Part shown: positions 44,961 to 54,727 of the stretch, piece after piece | Position numbering within the stretch: position 1 is the first letter of the stretch | Layout of the letters: each line of letters opens with the position of its first letter | Virus record (IMG/VR): IMGVR_UViG_3300043811_000021 | Location: 32,001 to 96,000 of that record | From: a virus | DNA: 64,000 nucleotides | Reading direction: 5' to 3' (one strand) | Position numbers and translations under genes: made by a program | The notes under the pieces: generated by a model | Databases searched by the model: none | Told to the model about the DNA's origin: nothing | What the model saw: the letters and a program-made list of their open reading frames with translations, nothing else

Positions 44961-45890
44961 TTAACCTATCTGACCTACCGGAACAAATCCATACTTCCCA
45001 CTAGGATTGTTACCGCTATGGCAAGGGACTCGGAACGAGCATGGATAAGGAAAATCACAGGTGCTTAGTTGCTGATCTGGTAGTATCTTAGTCGAGTAGA
45101 TCAAATCCAATTTCTTAGCCGCTAAATCCACTATCCTCTGTCTTGCTTTCTCTTCGGGAACCGGAACCTCAACCGAAAAACAAACGTCTTGTAAAACTCC
45201 ATCCTCGAACATCGCTTCCAGCCATTCCTTCGTTGAAATTTCGTCATAATCCTCGCGGAAAATCGTTGTCCAGCTAGATTTAAATCCTGTTTCTTTGTCT
45301 GTTTTCTTCCTAAATCTGAGTTTTTTGTTTACTGGGTGTCGTAGTCCTCTGCTCCAATATCCATGTCGTCTTCCGTCCCTATTCGGACCAAGAACAATAA
45401 CAGCCTCTTGCATTGGAAGTCCGTAAACGCATACCTCCCCTAAACTAGACCAGCTACGAGCCTCTGCATAGTGCCTGTCATCGTTCCATGAGGTTGCTAG
45501 TACGACACGCCTTAGAGACGTTCCTGAAGGCGCTAGGAAAGCCCCGCTGCTCCATATCTCACCGTTAGGTAGTTCGATAGGATCAGGCAGTGTCCAAGGC
45601 TTGTCTGTGGGCTTTCTAATCGCGCAGGATACTATATCTGAAATGGCCGCATGATGAACGCACTGATCGTAAACATTATGCTGATCTGAGACTACTTCTC
45701 TACGAGAGGCTATACCGATTATTTCTTCTCCTGCCGCCTCTCCGTAGTCTTGGCGGTCAGTGGTGAGTCCTGCTTTTAATCCCGCCTGTAAAAGATCGTG
45801 AAAATCTATCTTGGCCCGTTCCCAGTCACGTGACCATATCCCGGCCCGGTTGCATGGTTCGTATGCTTTCAATAATTGTGGGCTATTCAT
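44961..45890 (-). CDS. hypothetical protein, possibly a degenerate Cas4/PD-(D/E)XK-like nuclease
   Basis: N-terminal Cys plus C-terminal C....C.F...C cluster; weak. Confidence 0.35.
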   Translation of the reverse strand: MNSPQLLKAYEPCNRAGIWSRDWERAKIDFHDLLQAGLKAGLTTDRQDYGEAAGEEIIGIASRREVVSDQHNVYDQCVHHAAISDIVSCAIRKPTDKPWTLPDPIELPNGEIWSSGAFLAPSGTSLRRVVLATSWNDDRHYAEARSWSSLGEVCVYGLPMQEAVIVLGPNRDGRRHGYWSRGLRHPVNKKLRFRKKTDKETGFKSSWTTIFREDYDEISTKEWLEAMFEDGVLQDVCFSVEVPVPEEKARQRIVDLAAKKLDLIYSTKILPDQQLSTCDFPYPCSFRVPCHSGNNPSGKYGFVPVGQIG

Positions 45891-46384
45891 CCTCGTCTTC
45901 TACTTCTTCATCGTCCTCAGCACATGCCGCGCAAATCTCTTCAACTAACTCTCTAGAGTTTCTCTCGACTACAAACCCCTCAAGTGCCGATTGCCCAGTA
46001 AGCCAAAGAGAGCATTTCCCATCGTCTATCTTCTTTACGCGAACAACAGATTCAGCAACTATGAAATCCTCGTCTCCTATGTCTACAAAAGTCATTTAGT
46101 TATCCTTTTATCTTTCTCCTTTTGAAGGTATTTCATTCTGTTAATTATTTGTTCAAGTGTTTCTATTTCAATATCAGCTACATTTTCTGGAGTAAACGTC
46201 ACATTCCCTCCGAAAAACATTGGAGAATCTGATAGGCATATTTCTCCGAACGTGAACTGCTCTCCATCATCCGAATCTATTGAGAAGCATCTCTCGAATG
46301 TATTCTGTGATACTGGAGAAACGTGAGATTCAAAATAAACTAAGGAATCATCAATTTTTTTAGGTGATTCTCCTCTACATAATT

Positions 46385-47113
46385 TCATCTCGTTATCCCC
46401 GATGGCTTAAACTTCCTCTGCAATGCTTCAGCCTGTGCTCGTAACTGCTGAGGAGTTAACTTCTGTCTTGGTCTAGGCTCCCATGCCTCTAAAGGCGGTT
46501 CTATTGGCCGCACAGTCCTATTCAGAATAGTATCCTCTGGTCTAGTTGGCATCATAATTGTTAACGGCGCAGAATTCAAATCATTGATCCACGGTTGCAG
46601 CCTTTGTCTCTGCGATGGATCGGCAACCCATGTCTGGATAATCGTCGCCGCTTGTTCCTGCGGCAGTTGCCAGAGTTTTAGACCTTTCTTCCTCTTTTCA
46701 TCTACGTTTGAAATGTTGTATGGGTCTTTTGGATTGTCGGGAGGGATCGCTTTGTTTACCTTACCCGCAAGATTATTCAAAAGAAGATGTGTTATTTCGT
46801 GGCTTGAAGTCTGCTTCGGCCCTTGCGCAAACCGCTTAGGATCGTTGATCTCAATAACGTGCGGTTCATGCTCTCCTACCGTTGCGATGGCGTTGTTATG
46901 CGGTCTCGCAGGTGAATACTCTACTCCTATTTCCCTTTGTACGCGGGTTAGTTCTGGAGGAATTATAACTTCTGGTCCTTCGGTGGTTTCTGGATAAGGA
47001 ATAGATTCTCTGTGCGTCTTAATAGCCGCAGCAATGTGATCGTCTTCCATCGTGGATGGGAAAGCTATCACTTTCTCTTTCACCTTTACGAGTTTTTGTT
47101 TTGGATCGGGCAT
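46385..47113 (-). CDS. protein with HExxH motif at the end of the virion operon
   Basis: SHEITHLL. Confidence 0.5.
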   Translation of the reverse strand: MPDPKQKLVKVKEKVIAFPSTMEDDHIAAAIKTHRESIPYPETTEGPEVIIPPELTRVQREIGVEYSPARPHNNAIATVGEHEPHVIEINDPKRFAQGPKQTSSHEITHLLLNNLAGKVNKAIPPDNPKDPYNISNVDEKRKKGLKLWQLPQEQAATIIQTWVADPSQRQRLQPWINDLNSAPLTIMMPTRPEDTILNRTVRPIEPPLEAWEPRPRQKLTPQQLRAQAEALQRKFKPSGITR

Positions 47114-47117
47114 AGGT

Positions 47118-49982
47118 CTAAACAGGCACTATCTTTCCAGTTGCTTCATCGTAGACGTGAGTATGTATTGGCCTCGACTGGCTAGACGTATCCATTGGCG
47201 CTAATCCTGCATTAGCGAAACTAGATTGCAGTTCCTCAGCTTGTTTCATTAGTTGCTGTGGATTCGGTTTAGCACTCGATTGTGGTCCAGTCGAATCATC
47301 AGGCTTGAATGGCTCTGGTTTCGTACCGTATATTTTTTCGTATAGTTCGTCTGCCTTTTTCTTCAATTCCTCTGGACTTGGCTTGTTTGCTCCTGTAAAT
47401 CCAGCGGCTCCCCCTACGATACGAGTTGCAGTCTTTACCGCTGGCTTATTCAAAAACCTTGTGAGCGCAGGGGATACAGATACGCCTTTACTCTTTGCCG
47501 CATCAGCCAGTTTTTGCATATCCTCAGTAAAGAGGGCTTTTTGTTCTGCGGGAAGTTTGTTGAATTCTTCTACAACTTGAGGAGTAACCTTGGTAATCCA
47601 TTCTCTTACTCCTGGCTTCTCAAGTATAGATGCAATCATTTGAGTACCGCCAAGAACAAGTCCTCCAGCGGCGAATCCGTCTATAATTGCGGATGGAAGA
47701 AACCCTCCACTCCCCTTAAACGCCTCTAGACCAGCAAATGCTAATCCACTAAGAGTTGCATAGAGGGCGCGTCGTAATCCTGTTTTCTTTAGTTCGTTTC
47801 TAACCTCGTCAATGTTCTTATCTATCGTCTGCGAATAATCAATAGGAGGATTCTTGTCCTTTAACGCATCCTCTGTCCATAGGGTCTTTCCCTGTGGATC
47901 GTTTTCTCTCGGCGCATTAGGATTATCTCTTTCTTGTGGCTTACCCGTAAAAGGTTCAGGGTCTGGTTTTAGACGATAAGCATCTATCGGATGATCCAAA
48001 CTAGGAGGGGGAATCGGCTGTTTCAGAGATTTTCGGAGTTGGTCCTCTGTATCAAGGTGCTTCTTTACTTTCTCCCTCTGTGCTTTAACTTTTTCATAGT
48101 CTTCGGCAAGCGTAGGATCGTGTTTATTTGCAGCGTCTACTTGTTTCTGTTCTTGCTTCTCCTTAAACTGTTCAGGATTAGCTCTCTGTTCCATTTCTTC
48201 GTCATTGCTAAGTGGCTTATTCTTCTCTATACCAAATGCTTCTTTGTACTCGCGTGTTGCTTGACGAGCATCATCTAAATCAGAAGACAGTCCATTATCT
48301 GCTGCAATCTTAGATTCAGCATTGTATAAAGTTTTTTGCAATTGCTGCATTTCGCCTAACAAAGGTCCATCATGTCCATATCTTCCATTTCTTATATTTC
48401 TTGCGATAATAGATTGAGCGCGATGGATTTTGTCGAATGGTATGTCAACTCCAGATTTTGGGTCTAGGTCTATCGGGTCTGGAGTTAACCCCTCTGCCGC
48501 TACAGCCCTATCCACATTTGCTTTACCAAAATCATCCATGCTATCGTAGGCAGCTTGCGGTTCTTTGTGCCCCATTGCCTTAAGGATTTCATTCCTCTTT
48601 TGCACATACGGAGACCCTTGCTCGGCATCAGAAGGATCGGGGATAAGTTGATTTATCTCTCTCTGAACCTCTGGAGAAACTTTTCTTATTTTCTCTAGAG
48701 GCTGTTCTATGAATCCACCATCTATGGTTTTCGCATCCAATGCCTGATGAACAGGTTGCCACTTTGCATCAGCAGAGGCTTTTACCTTAGCTTTAGTAGC
48801 GTCATTTTTTGCGTAATAGTCTTCGGTCTGCTGCTTTAATTTCGCTTCCTCTGCACGGCGCAATTCTAATGCATGTTCAGCAGCGTCTCTTTCTCTCTGT
48901 ATTTTTTCTGAGTCCAGCTTGTGTTTTTCTCTCACAGTATCATTATGTTCGTTTACCTTCTTAACTTCCGCATCGTGTGCATCGGAACGCTTACCTAGCT
49001 CCTTTAGAGTAGATTCCTTATGTTCAATAGCTTTACCGAGAGCATCCTTTCCTACTTCTTTTATCGTCTCTGGACTTGTATTTGTCACTGTGTTTACTAA
49101 TTTGCGAGGCGCTCCCTTAACCGCGTTGAAAGTACCTACAGGATCAGAGACTGCCTTTACCGCACCTTCCGTAGCTTTTCCAGCAGCAACCATTCCTAAT
49201 GCTGTTCCAGCCAAATCTGATACCGCATAACTAGGGTTCTTATCAGAAAGCTCTTTTAGATGCATAACATAGTTAGGGACCATAGAAGCAGGCATCATTT
49301 GAACTAGACTAGCCATTCCCTTAACCGCTGTTCTAGTGTCGTGAGAAAGTAAATCTTTAGATGCTCCAACAACTTGAGGTATCATGTCAGCAGTACCGAA
49401 TAATGTATTTGCGAATGATCCGCCTGCATTTAGAACTGTGTCTACTGAATTTGCGCCAAAGTTCCACGCTGCCTCTCCTATATTTTTTGTATTAAGATGA
49501 GAAGTTGGACGATTCGCCCCAGTAGGCACAGCGGCCTTCGCAAACGCCTCTCTTGCCTTGCTCCATAGTCCCGGAGTCGCTTCCACCTCTTCTGGTATAG
49601 GAGTCTGCTTTACTACCTTACCGCCCTTAAATAATCTACCTTCCAAAAGTCCTAGCGGGTCTGCTCCTTTTTCTGCATCAGCGGCAGGTTGAAGTGTTGC
49701 AAAACGATCCTTAGCGTAATCTTCGCGCCCTTTTGCGTTTGGAATAGTGATCTTATTTGAGAACTTATAACCTGCTTTTCCAGCCTCGTCTACGCGACTG
49801 AACGGAACAGGAATCTGCTTTCCATTCGCGTCCTCCATCGCGTACAGTCCTTCATTCTCCTTACCTTTTAGCTTGGTAGTGAAGTCAGGAGTGGAAGGGG
49901 CAGACGAATCTGGCGAGTCTAAGACATATCCCTGTGGAAGAGACGATGCTGCGTCAATTGTGTATCCCTTTGGAACTGCCAT
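47118..49982 (-). CDS. large internal virion / DNA-ejection protein
   Basis: 954 aa, helical and Ala/Lys-rich, N-terminal PKGYTID/PQGYVLD repeats; third of three genes of increasing size after the tail genes. Confidence 0.6.
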   Translation of the reverse strand: MAVPKGYTIDAASSLPQGYVLDSPDSSAPSTPDFTTKLKGKENEGLYAMEDANGKQIPVPFSRVDEAGKAGYKFSNKITIPNAKGREDYAKDRFATLQPAADAEKGADPLGLLEGRLFKGGKVVKQTPIPEEVEATPGLWSKAREAFAKAAVPTGANRPTSHLNTKNIGEAAWNFGANSVDTVLNAGGSFANTLFGTADMIPQVVGASKDLLSHDTRTAVKGMASLVQMMPASMVPNYVMHLKELSDKNPSYAVSDLAGTALGMVAAGKATEGAVKAVSDPVGTFNAVKGAPRKLVNTVTNTSPETIKEVGKDALGKAIEHKESTLKELGKRSDAHDAEVKKVNEHNDTVREKHKLDSEKIQRERDAAEHALELRRAEEAKLKQQTEDYYAKNDATKAKVKASADAKWQPVHQALDAKTIDGGFIEQPLEKIRKVSPEVQREINQLIPDPSDAEQGSPYVQKRNEILKAMGHKEPQAAYDSMDDFGKANVDRAVAAEGLTPDPIDLDPKSGVDIPFDKIHRAQSIIARNIRNGRYGHDGPLLGEMQQLQKTLYNAESKIAADNGLSSDLDDARQATREYKEAFGIEKNKPLSNDEEMEQRANPEQFKEKQEQKQVDAANKHDPTLAEDYEKVKAQREKVKKHLDTEDQLRKSLKQPIPPPSLDHPIDAYRLKPDPEPFTGKPQERDNPNAPRENDPQGKTLWTEDALKDKNPPIDYSQTIDKNIDEVRNELKKTGLRRALYATLSGLAFAGLEAFKGSGGFLPSAIIDGFAAGGLVLGGTQMIASILEKPGVREWITKVTPQVVEEFNKLPAEQKALFTEDMQKLADAAKSKGVSVSPALTRFLNKPAVKTATRIVGGAAGFTGANKPSPEELKKKADELYEKIYGTKPEPFKPDDSTGPQSSAKPNPQQLMKQAEELQSSFANAGLAPMDTSSQSRPIHTHVYDEATGKIVPV

Positions 49983-51622
49983 TAGATTGGATTCCCCGTC
50001 TGAAGATCAAACCATTTTGCGGTAGGAGATTTAGGATCGTCATTCGTACCGATCTTGTGCTTTGTTTGTGGATTGGTAGCCGTTGTCTTGTATTTTGTTC
50101 CACCGCCAGCAGGTGTCTGTCCTCCTGTACCACTATTCTGGTTCTTGAGGAAATTGACCTCATCCTGCTTCGACTTCATGTTCTGGTGCGCACCATCTAC
50201 TAACTGTCTCACAACATCAGCAGGCAAAGCTCCTGTGGACGGATTGTTAGCCCATTGCTCAAGTGTATTTCCCCATCCAGATTTGATTACATAATCCAAA
50301 GCCTGTGTAGTGAATCTTCCGGCGCTCATCTTTTCCAATGAAACCGCAAGGCGTTTCTGATTGATAGCATCGTTTGGCTTTAACGCTACTTGATCTGCAA
50401 GGCTAGAGAGTGCTACAGCTTCTCCTAGCTCTCCAGTTGCCTTGTTCAGAGCAGGATTTGCTTTCGTAAAGTCCAAAGCAGGCCCAATAGGAGATTTGGT
50501 TCCTTTTGGAGGCGAAGATATATGCGAATTTAACTTCTCAGCAGCCTTCTTTAATTCCGCAGGAGTTTTCGGCGGTGGTGTTGTACTAGACGCAGTTCCT
50601 GATGATGGCGCTGAACTTGGCGCTGTTGGAGAAGGCGGAGTCGCAGGAGAACCTTTTTCTCCCGGAAAACTCTTATGGCTCGTTGTTGTCTTAGTATAAA
50701 CGTGAGCTTGATTGTTCTGGTCAAAAACTAGATTTCCAGATGAGCTTGTCGTGTCTGGGGTGCTCTCTTGTTTATATTTTTCAATCGCCTGATCTGCTTC
50801 TTCTGGAGATAGTTGATCTAAATCTCTACCTCCGTAATGGGCACGAGTCCATTCCGCTTGAGCAGCTTTACTCTTCACCGAATCTGCCTTGAATTGCATG
50901 ATAGTTCCCTTGTATCCCTCAGCTTTAGCTGCGTTATATTCCGCAAGCTCTTCGCTTCCTACAGTCGGATTGGAATACGGGATAGACCCCGGAATAAAAG
51001 AATCTGGATCGTTAATGTCGGCAGCGTATATAGTCCCATCTGGAGCCTTATAGACCTTGTTATTTTGTTTCTGGTAAATCTTAAAAATAGCCTCCCTAGC
51101 CCGCTCCTTGTTATCTTCCGACATACCAGACTTATTAATCGCAGCGAGTTGCGCGTTTACTTGTGCATTATATTTATTAGACGCATCCTGCTCTGGTGAA
51201 ATCGGAGCCGCCGCAATTAACCCCTCTGCCGCCTTCATGTCTTGCGCATTGCCTTGGGCTTGCTTGAACCTTTGCTTTTGAATCCTATCTTGAGGCTTCG
51301 TAATACCCAAAGCATCTGTTATCAAATGCCCATGAGATGCGATAAAACCTGGACTTTTTTCTGGATGGTATAGTTCTCTTACTCCGTGAAGAGTATTCTG
51401 CATCTCGTTTACAGCATCATTGTATTCTTGGCTTCCCTTTTCGAGCGTAGGAATCTTCTTTTGGAGATTATCCAATTGGGTTGCGTACATCTGAGCTTTG
51501 TTTTGGCGCTCTTCATTGGACGCAGCTAATTTTTCAGCTATTACACCTTCAGTATAGCTATTAGCCATTCCATTATCCTCCAAAGAAAGGTGATCCGCCT
51601 GATAATCCAGAAGCCCCGCCAC
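49982..51622 (-). CDS. internal virion / DNA-ejection protein
   Basis: ~529-546 aa, Q/A-rich with Pro/Ser linkers; synteny. Confidence 0.55.
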   Translation of the reverse strand: MAGLLDYQADHLSLEDNGMANSYTEGVIAEKLAASNEERQNKAQMYATQLDNLQKKIPTLEKGSQEYNDAVNEMQNTLHGVRELYHPEKSPGFIASHGHLITDALGITKPQDRIQKQRFKQAQGNAQDMKAAEGLIAAAPISPEQDASNKYNAQVNAQLAAINKSGMSEDNKERAREAIFKIYQKQNNKVYKAPDGTIYAADINDPDSFIPGSIPYSNPTVGSEELAEYNAAKAEGYKGTIMQFKADSVKSKAAQAEWTRAHYGGRDLDQLSPEEADQAIEKYKQESTPDTTSSSGNLVFDQNNQAHVYTKTTTSHKSFPGEKGSPATPPSPTAPSSAPSSGTASSTTPPPKTPAELKKAAEKLNSHISSPPKGTKSPIGPALDFTKANPALNKATGELGEAVALSSLADQVALKPNDAINQKRLAVSLEKMSAGRFTTQALDYVIKSGWGNTLEQWANNPSTGALPADVVRQLVDGAHQNMKSKQDEVNFLKNQNSGTGGQTPAGGGTKYKTTATNPQTKHKIGTNDDPKSPTAKWFDLQTGNPI

Positions 51623-52196
51623 TCATAAATGCTTGACCAGCACTCTGCCCAGGTAAACCTCCAGAAGCCAATCCACTCAAACCACCAGTTGCAAATGATT
51701 CTCCTGCCTGAACCGCCCCTGTGATGCCTTTCCCTAAAATCGAATTAGCCCAGTTCGCCATGCGCTCCTGAGATAATTGCGCATTTTGTCCATAGGCAGA
51801 CAAACCCGTTCCTAAAAGGCTCGATCCAATGCTTCCAAGATTACTAGCGGAAGAATTGGTCAAACTTCCTATTAGGCTTGTAATATCACTATGGACTTTA
51901 TCGTTAGTCGCTGCATTGCTGGCCGCAGTTCCACCTGAACGAGTTCCGAAGATTGAGTTGGCCTTGGTTTGCTCCTGAGCCGATTTTTTCGCAGCCCCTA
52001 TCTCTGGCGACAAAGCCTGAGAAACCTTACTCGAATCTCCAGACAAAATGCTGTTCCAGAACTTACTCGCGTTGCCAATGTCAGATTGCCCTTGACCTGT
52101 AGCCCAGCCAGCAATCTGACCCGTGGCACCGATGTCTGTATTCAAATTTTCGTTTTGGCCGCCAAAGAGGGACGAGAAGAAGCCCATGTCATTCAT
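51573..52196 (-). CDS. small Gly/Ser/Ala-rich ejection (pilot) protein
   Basis: MGFFSSLFGG..., RSGGT motif; composition and position like P22 gp7-type proteins. Confidence 0.6.
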   Translation of the reverse strand: MNDMGFFSSLFGGQNENLNTDIGATGQIAGWATGQGQSDIGNASKFWNSILSGDSSKVSQALSPEIGAAKKSAQEQTKANSIFGTRSGGTAASNAATNDKVHSDITSLIGSLTNSSASNLGSIGSSLLGTGLSAYGQNAQLSQERMANWANSILGKGITGAVQAGESFATGGLSGLASGGLPGQSAGQAFMSGGASGLSGGSPFFGG

Positions 52197-52300
52197 TCCT
52201 AACGACTTATTAAGTCATATTGAAATAAATAGGACGCGCTCCCGGACGGCCTATCAATTCCCTCATTGTAGCGGCAAAGCCAGTAGAAAGCAATTACTTT

Positions 52301-52924
52301 CTAACCTTTTCGGTACCATGAAGTCCCATTCCATATAAACTCTCTAGCTGTAGTCGCTGCGATCACGTCACTCGTTCCATCGGCGACATGGCTTGTGGCT
52401 ACCGCAGCGAACGTCACCGAGAAAGCTGATGTATTGAGCACCATCTGCACTTGCCCTGCAGTGGTCCCGGAGGTCAAAATAACCCCTGTTACAGCCGCCG
52501 TTGGCGTTACTGTAGTAACAGGTCCAGCAATCGCAATTGTACCTCCTGTAGCCAATGCAGCCGATCCTGTAACAGTTTCCGCAAACCCCTTTTGCATGGT
52601 CTGCAACACAGTAAAAGAGTTTGCCGTTCCTATTCCAGCATAGTCAGTCCCTGCTACTGCAATGGTTGGTACGCCTGTCGAGGTCGTGTTTTTAAGAATC
52701 CCTGTCGCTAAACCAGAAAGCAATGTCCCATTTAACCCTTTAGCGGTCATGGCGAGGCTTCCCGCCGTGTTCGTCACGTCTCCAGTATGCGCTGGCTCAG
52801 ATGCAGCAGGAAGTATGCCTCTCGCCTGTGTAGACAAATTAATTGTCGTAGCCGAGGCCATCATCAACAAACAGGCTATTAAACATAACGAAATACTTAT
52901 CGGTTTAGTACCTATAATTCGCAA
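52301..52924 (-). CDS. virion fibre/decoration protein
   Basis: Thr/Ala-rich; shares TGDVT...LSGL.TG.LKNTT.TGVPTIAVAGTDY with the next ORF. Confidence 0.6.
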   Translation of the reverse strand: MRIIGTKPISISLCLIACLLMMASATTINLSTQARGILPAASEPAHTGDVTNTAGSLAMTAKGLNGTLLSGLATGILKNTTSTGVPTIAVAGTDYAGIGTANSFTVLQTMQKGFAETVTGSAALATGGTIAIAGPVTTVTPTAAVTGVILTSGTTAGQVQMVLNTSAFSVTFAAVATSHVADGTSDVIAATTAREFIWNGTSWYRKG

Positions 52925-53618
52925 GTAGTTTGTCCCCCGTCAATGGTGCAGTTAGCATTGTGATTGTTGCTGTTGAGATTGTATAGTCGTTACCAGCCCC
53001 TGCCTGTTGCAAAACTCCATTCAAGTAGAGACTTAAAGACGTATTTACAGGAGTATGCGCTAAGGTAAAAGTAGTCAACACTCCATTCGGAGTTCCGCTT
53101 GGAACTTCATTGTCTGAGAAATTTGGAGAACTGCCCGTAGAACTAATTACTCCAGCAGAAATTGTAATCGTTGTTCCATCTGGCTTTACTACTCCAAAGG
53201 CCGATGTAGTCGCCTGAGATAAAGCCGCTGACGATCCACTCGGAGTAAGATAATCCGTTCCGGCAACTGCGATTGTAGGCACTCCCGTAGTCGTCGTGTT
53301 TTTCAATAACCCTGTTGAAAGTCCAGATAGAGCTACTCCGTTGATCTGCTTTACCGTGGTCGCAACGGTCCCGGCGCTCGTAGTCACATCTCCTGTCAGA
53401 GCAGGCATCTGTGTAGACCCAAGGCTCCCTGAGAGATTCGTGAACGATGGTTGTGTCAAAACGGGAGCGCCAGCAGTTGTAATGCTGCTTATCCATTGGT
53501 TAGAAGCGCCTACCGTTGACTGAATTCCGCCAATCGTAGAAGCTGTTGGGGCTGGGAGATTACCGGAAGGTAACGTACCCTGTGACTGTGTGGCGAGATC
53601 GATCTTTGTTGATGCCAT
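52905..53618 (-). CDS. virion fibre/decoration protein
   Basis: Shared modules; C-terminal E.PSGT.NG...TFTLAH.P...L.LYLNG..Q..G.DYT. Confidence 0.65.
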   Translation of the reverse strand: MASTKIDLATQSQGTLPSGNLPAPTASTIGGIQSTVGASNQWISSITTAGAPVLTQPSFTNLSGSLGSTQMPALTGDVTTSAGTVATTVKQINGVALSGLSTGLLKNTTTTGVPTIAVAGTDYLTPSGSSAALSQATTSAFGVVKPDGTTITISAGVISSTGSSPNFSDNEVPSGTPNGVLTTFTLAHTPVNTSLSLYLNGVLQQAGAGNDYTISTATITMLTAPLTGDKLLANYRY

Positions 53619-53634
53619 TTATCCTCCTTACAAC

Positions 53635-54603
53635 TTAGTACCTGTACCAAGCCCGTAAAGGCCCCATTGAGGGGGCGGTAGCGAACGTAATTGTGCTCCC
53701 GGATAATGTATAGTCTAACCCAACCCCCTGTGCCTGTGTCAATCCTGAAAGATTTAACTGCAAACTCAAAGCAGGATTAGGAGAATGGGCGAGAGTAAAC
53801 GTAACATTCGATCCGTTTATCGTCCCCCCTGGAGTCTCGCTGTCTGCAAAATTCGGGACCACTCCCCCAGCTGTGCTGATTACGCCAGCGGAAACAGTTA
53901 TAGTCGTATTATCAGGCTCAACTATTCCAAAAGTGGTAGAAGTTGCTAGTGGTAACTGCGCAGGAGTTGCAATACCTGAAATATCTGTAAATGCAGGCTG
54001 AGTCTGGGTAAAAGCTCCCGTCGTACTATTATATGAATTTATCCATTCATGTAGTATCGCTGGAGTATTCTTAGGCTCCGCAGACATAGGCTCTACGAAG
54101 TAATTTGTCCCATCATAGGAAACTGTTACAGCGTTATTCCCCGGAAGAGTAAATGATGCGTTTCCGTTTATTGTTCCGCTAGTTGGAGTTAGTGTAGCTG
54201 TTCCAGTTCCTATATTTAGAAATGAAGTAAAGAACGGAAGTGTTATCCCAGAACCATCTCCTAAACCAGATAGAGTAACTGCAATCGGAGAAGCATCGCT
54301 TAAGATAATAAATGATCCATTATCTGATGGCTGTGTGGAATATGTTGTAACTCCTGTCTGGTTATTTACAAATCCTATCGTATTAGATGTTTGAATTATC
54401 GTTTCACTGACTGTCGAGTTATTTATTGTCTCATTCGTAGTTGCGATAGATGATGTATTCGCGTCTATCTGTGACTTTAAGATAGGTATCGCATTTTGTG
54501 CATCGAATATGGCGTTCCATAGGTTCTTAATCACATACTGATGCTGAGGCGGCATATCGGAAATATGCGGCTCGAATGGAAAACGATTTTGCGTTGTACT
54601 CAT
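53635..54603 (-). CDS. tail fibre-like protein
   Basis: Same C-terminal TFTLAH.P...G.DYT module; WINS...G..TQ..P.FT module shared with 52905..53618. Confidence 0.65.
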   Translation of the reverse strand: MSTTQNRFPFEPHISDMPPQHQYVIKNLWNAIFDAQNAIPILKSQIDANTSSIATTNETINNSTVSETIIQTSNTIGFVNNQTGVTTYSTQPSDNGSFIILSDASPIAVTLSGLGDGSGITLPFFTSFLNIGTGTATLTPTSGTINGNASFTLPGNNAVTVSYDGTNYFVEPMSAEPKNTPAILHEWINSYNSTTGAFTQTQPAFTDISGIATPAQLPLATSTTFGIVEPDNTTITVSAGVISTAGGVVPNFADSETPGGTINGSNVTFTLAHSPNPALSLQLNLSGLTQAQGVGLDYTLSGSTITFATAPSMGPLRAWYRY

Positions 54604-54727
54604 TTCTTTTTAGCCGCCCATTTTGTACAGGACGTACATAGACCGTTACTCGGAACTTGAGTCTGCACTACTCCGCATCGTGTGCATCTTTTGCTCGTTA
54701 TTTTTCCCGGATTACCTGGATTGCTTA

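Noticed and set aside
44961-45890. Cas4 as part of a CRISPR system
   Set aside because: Only a Cys pattern; no clear catalytic motif, array or other cas genes.
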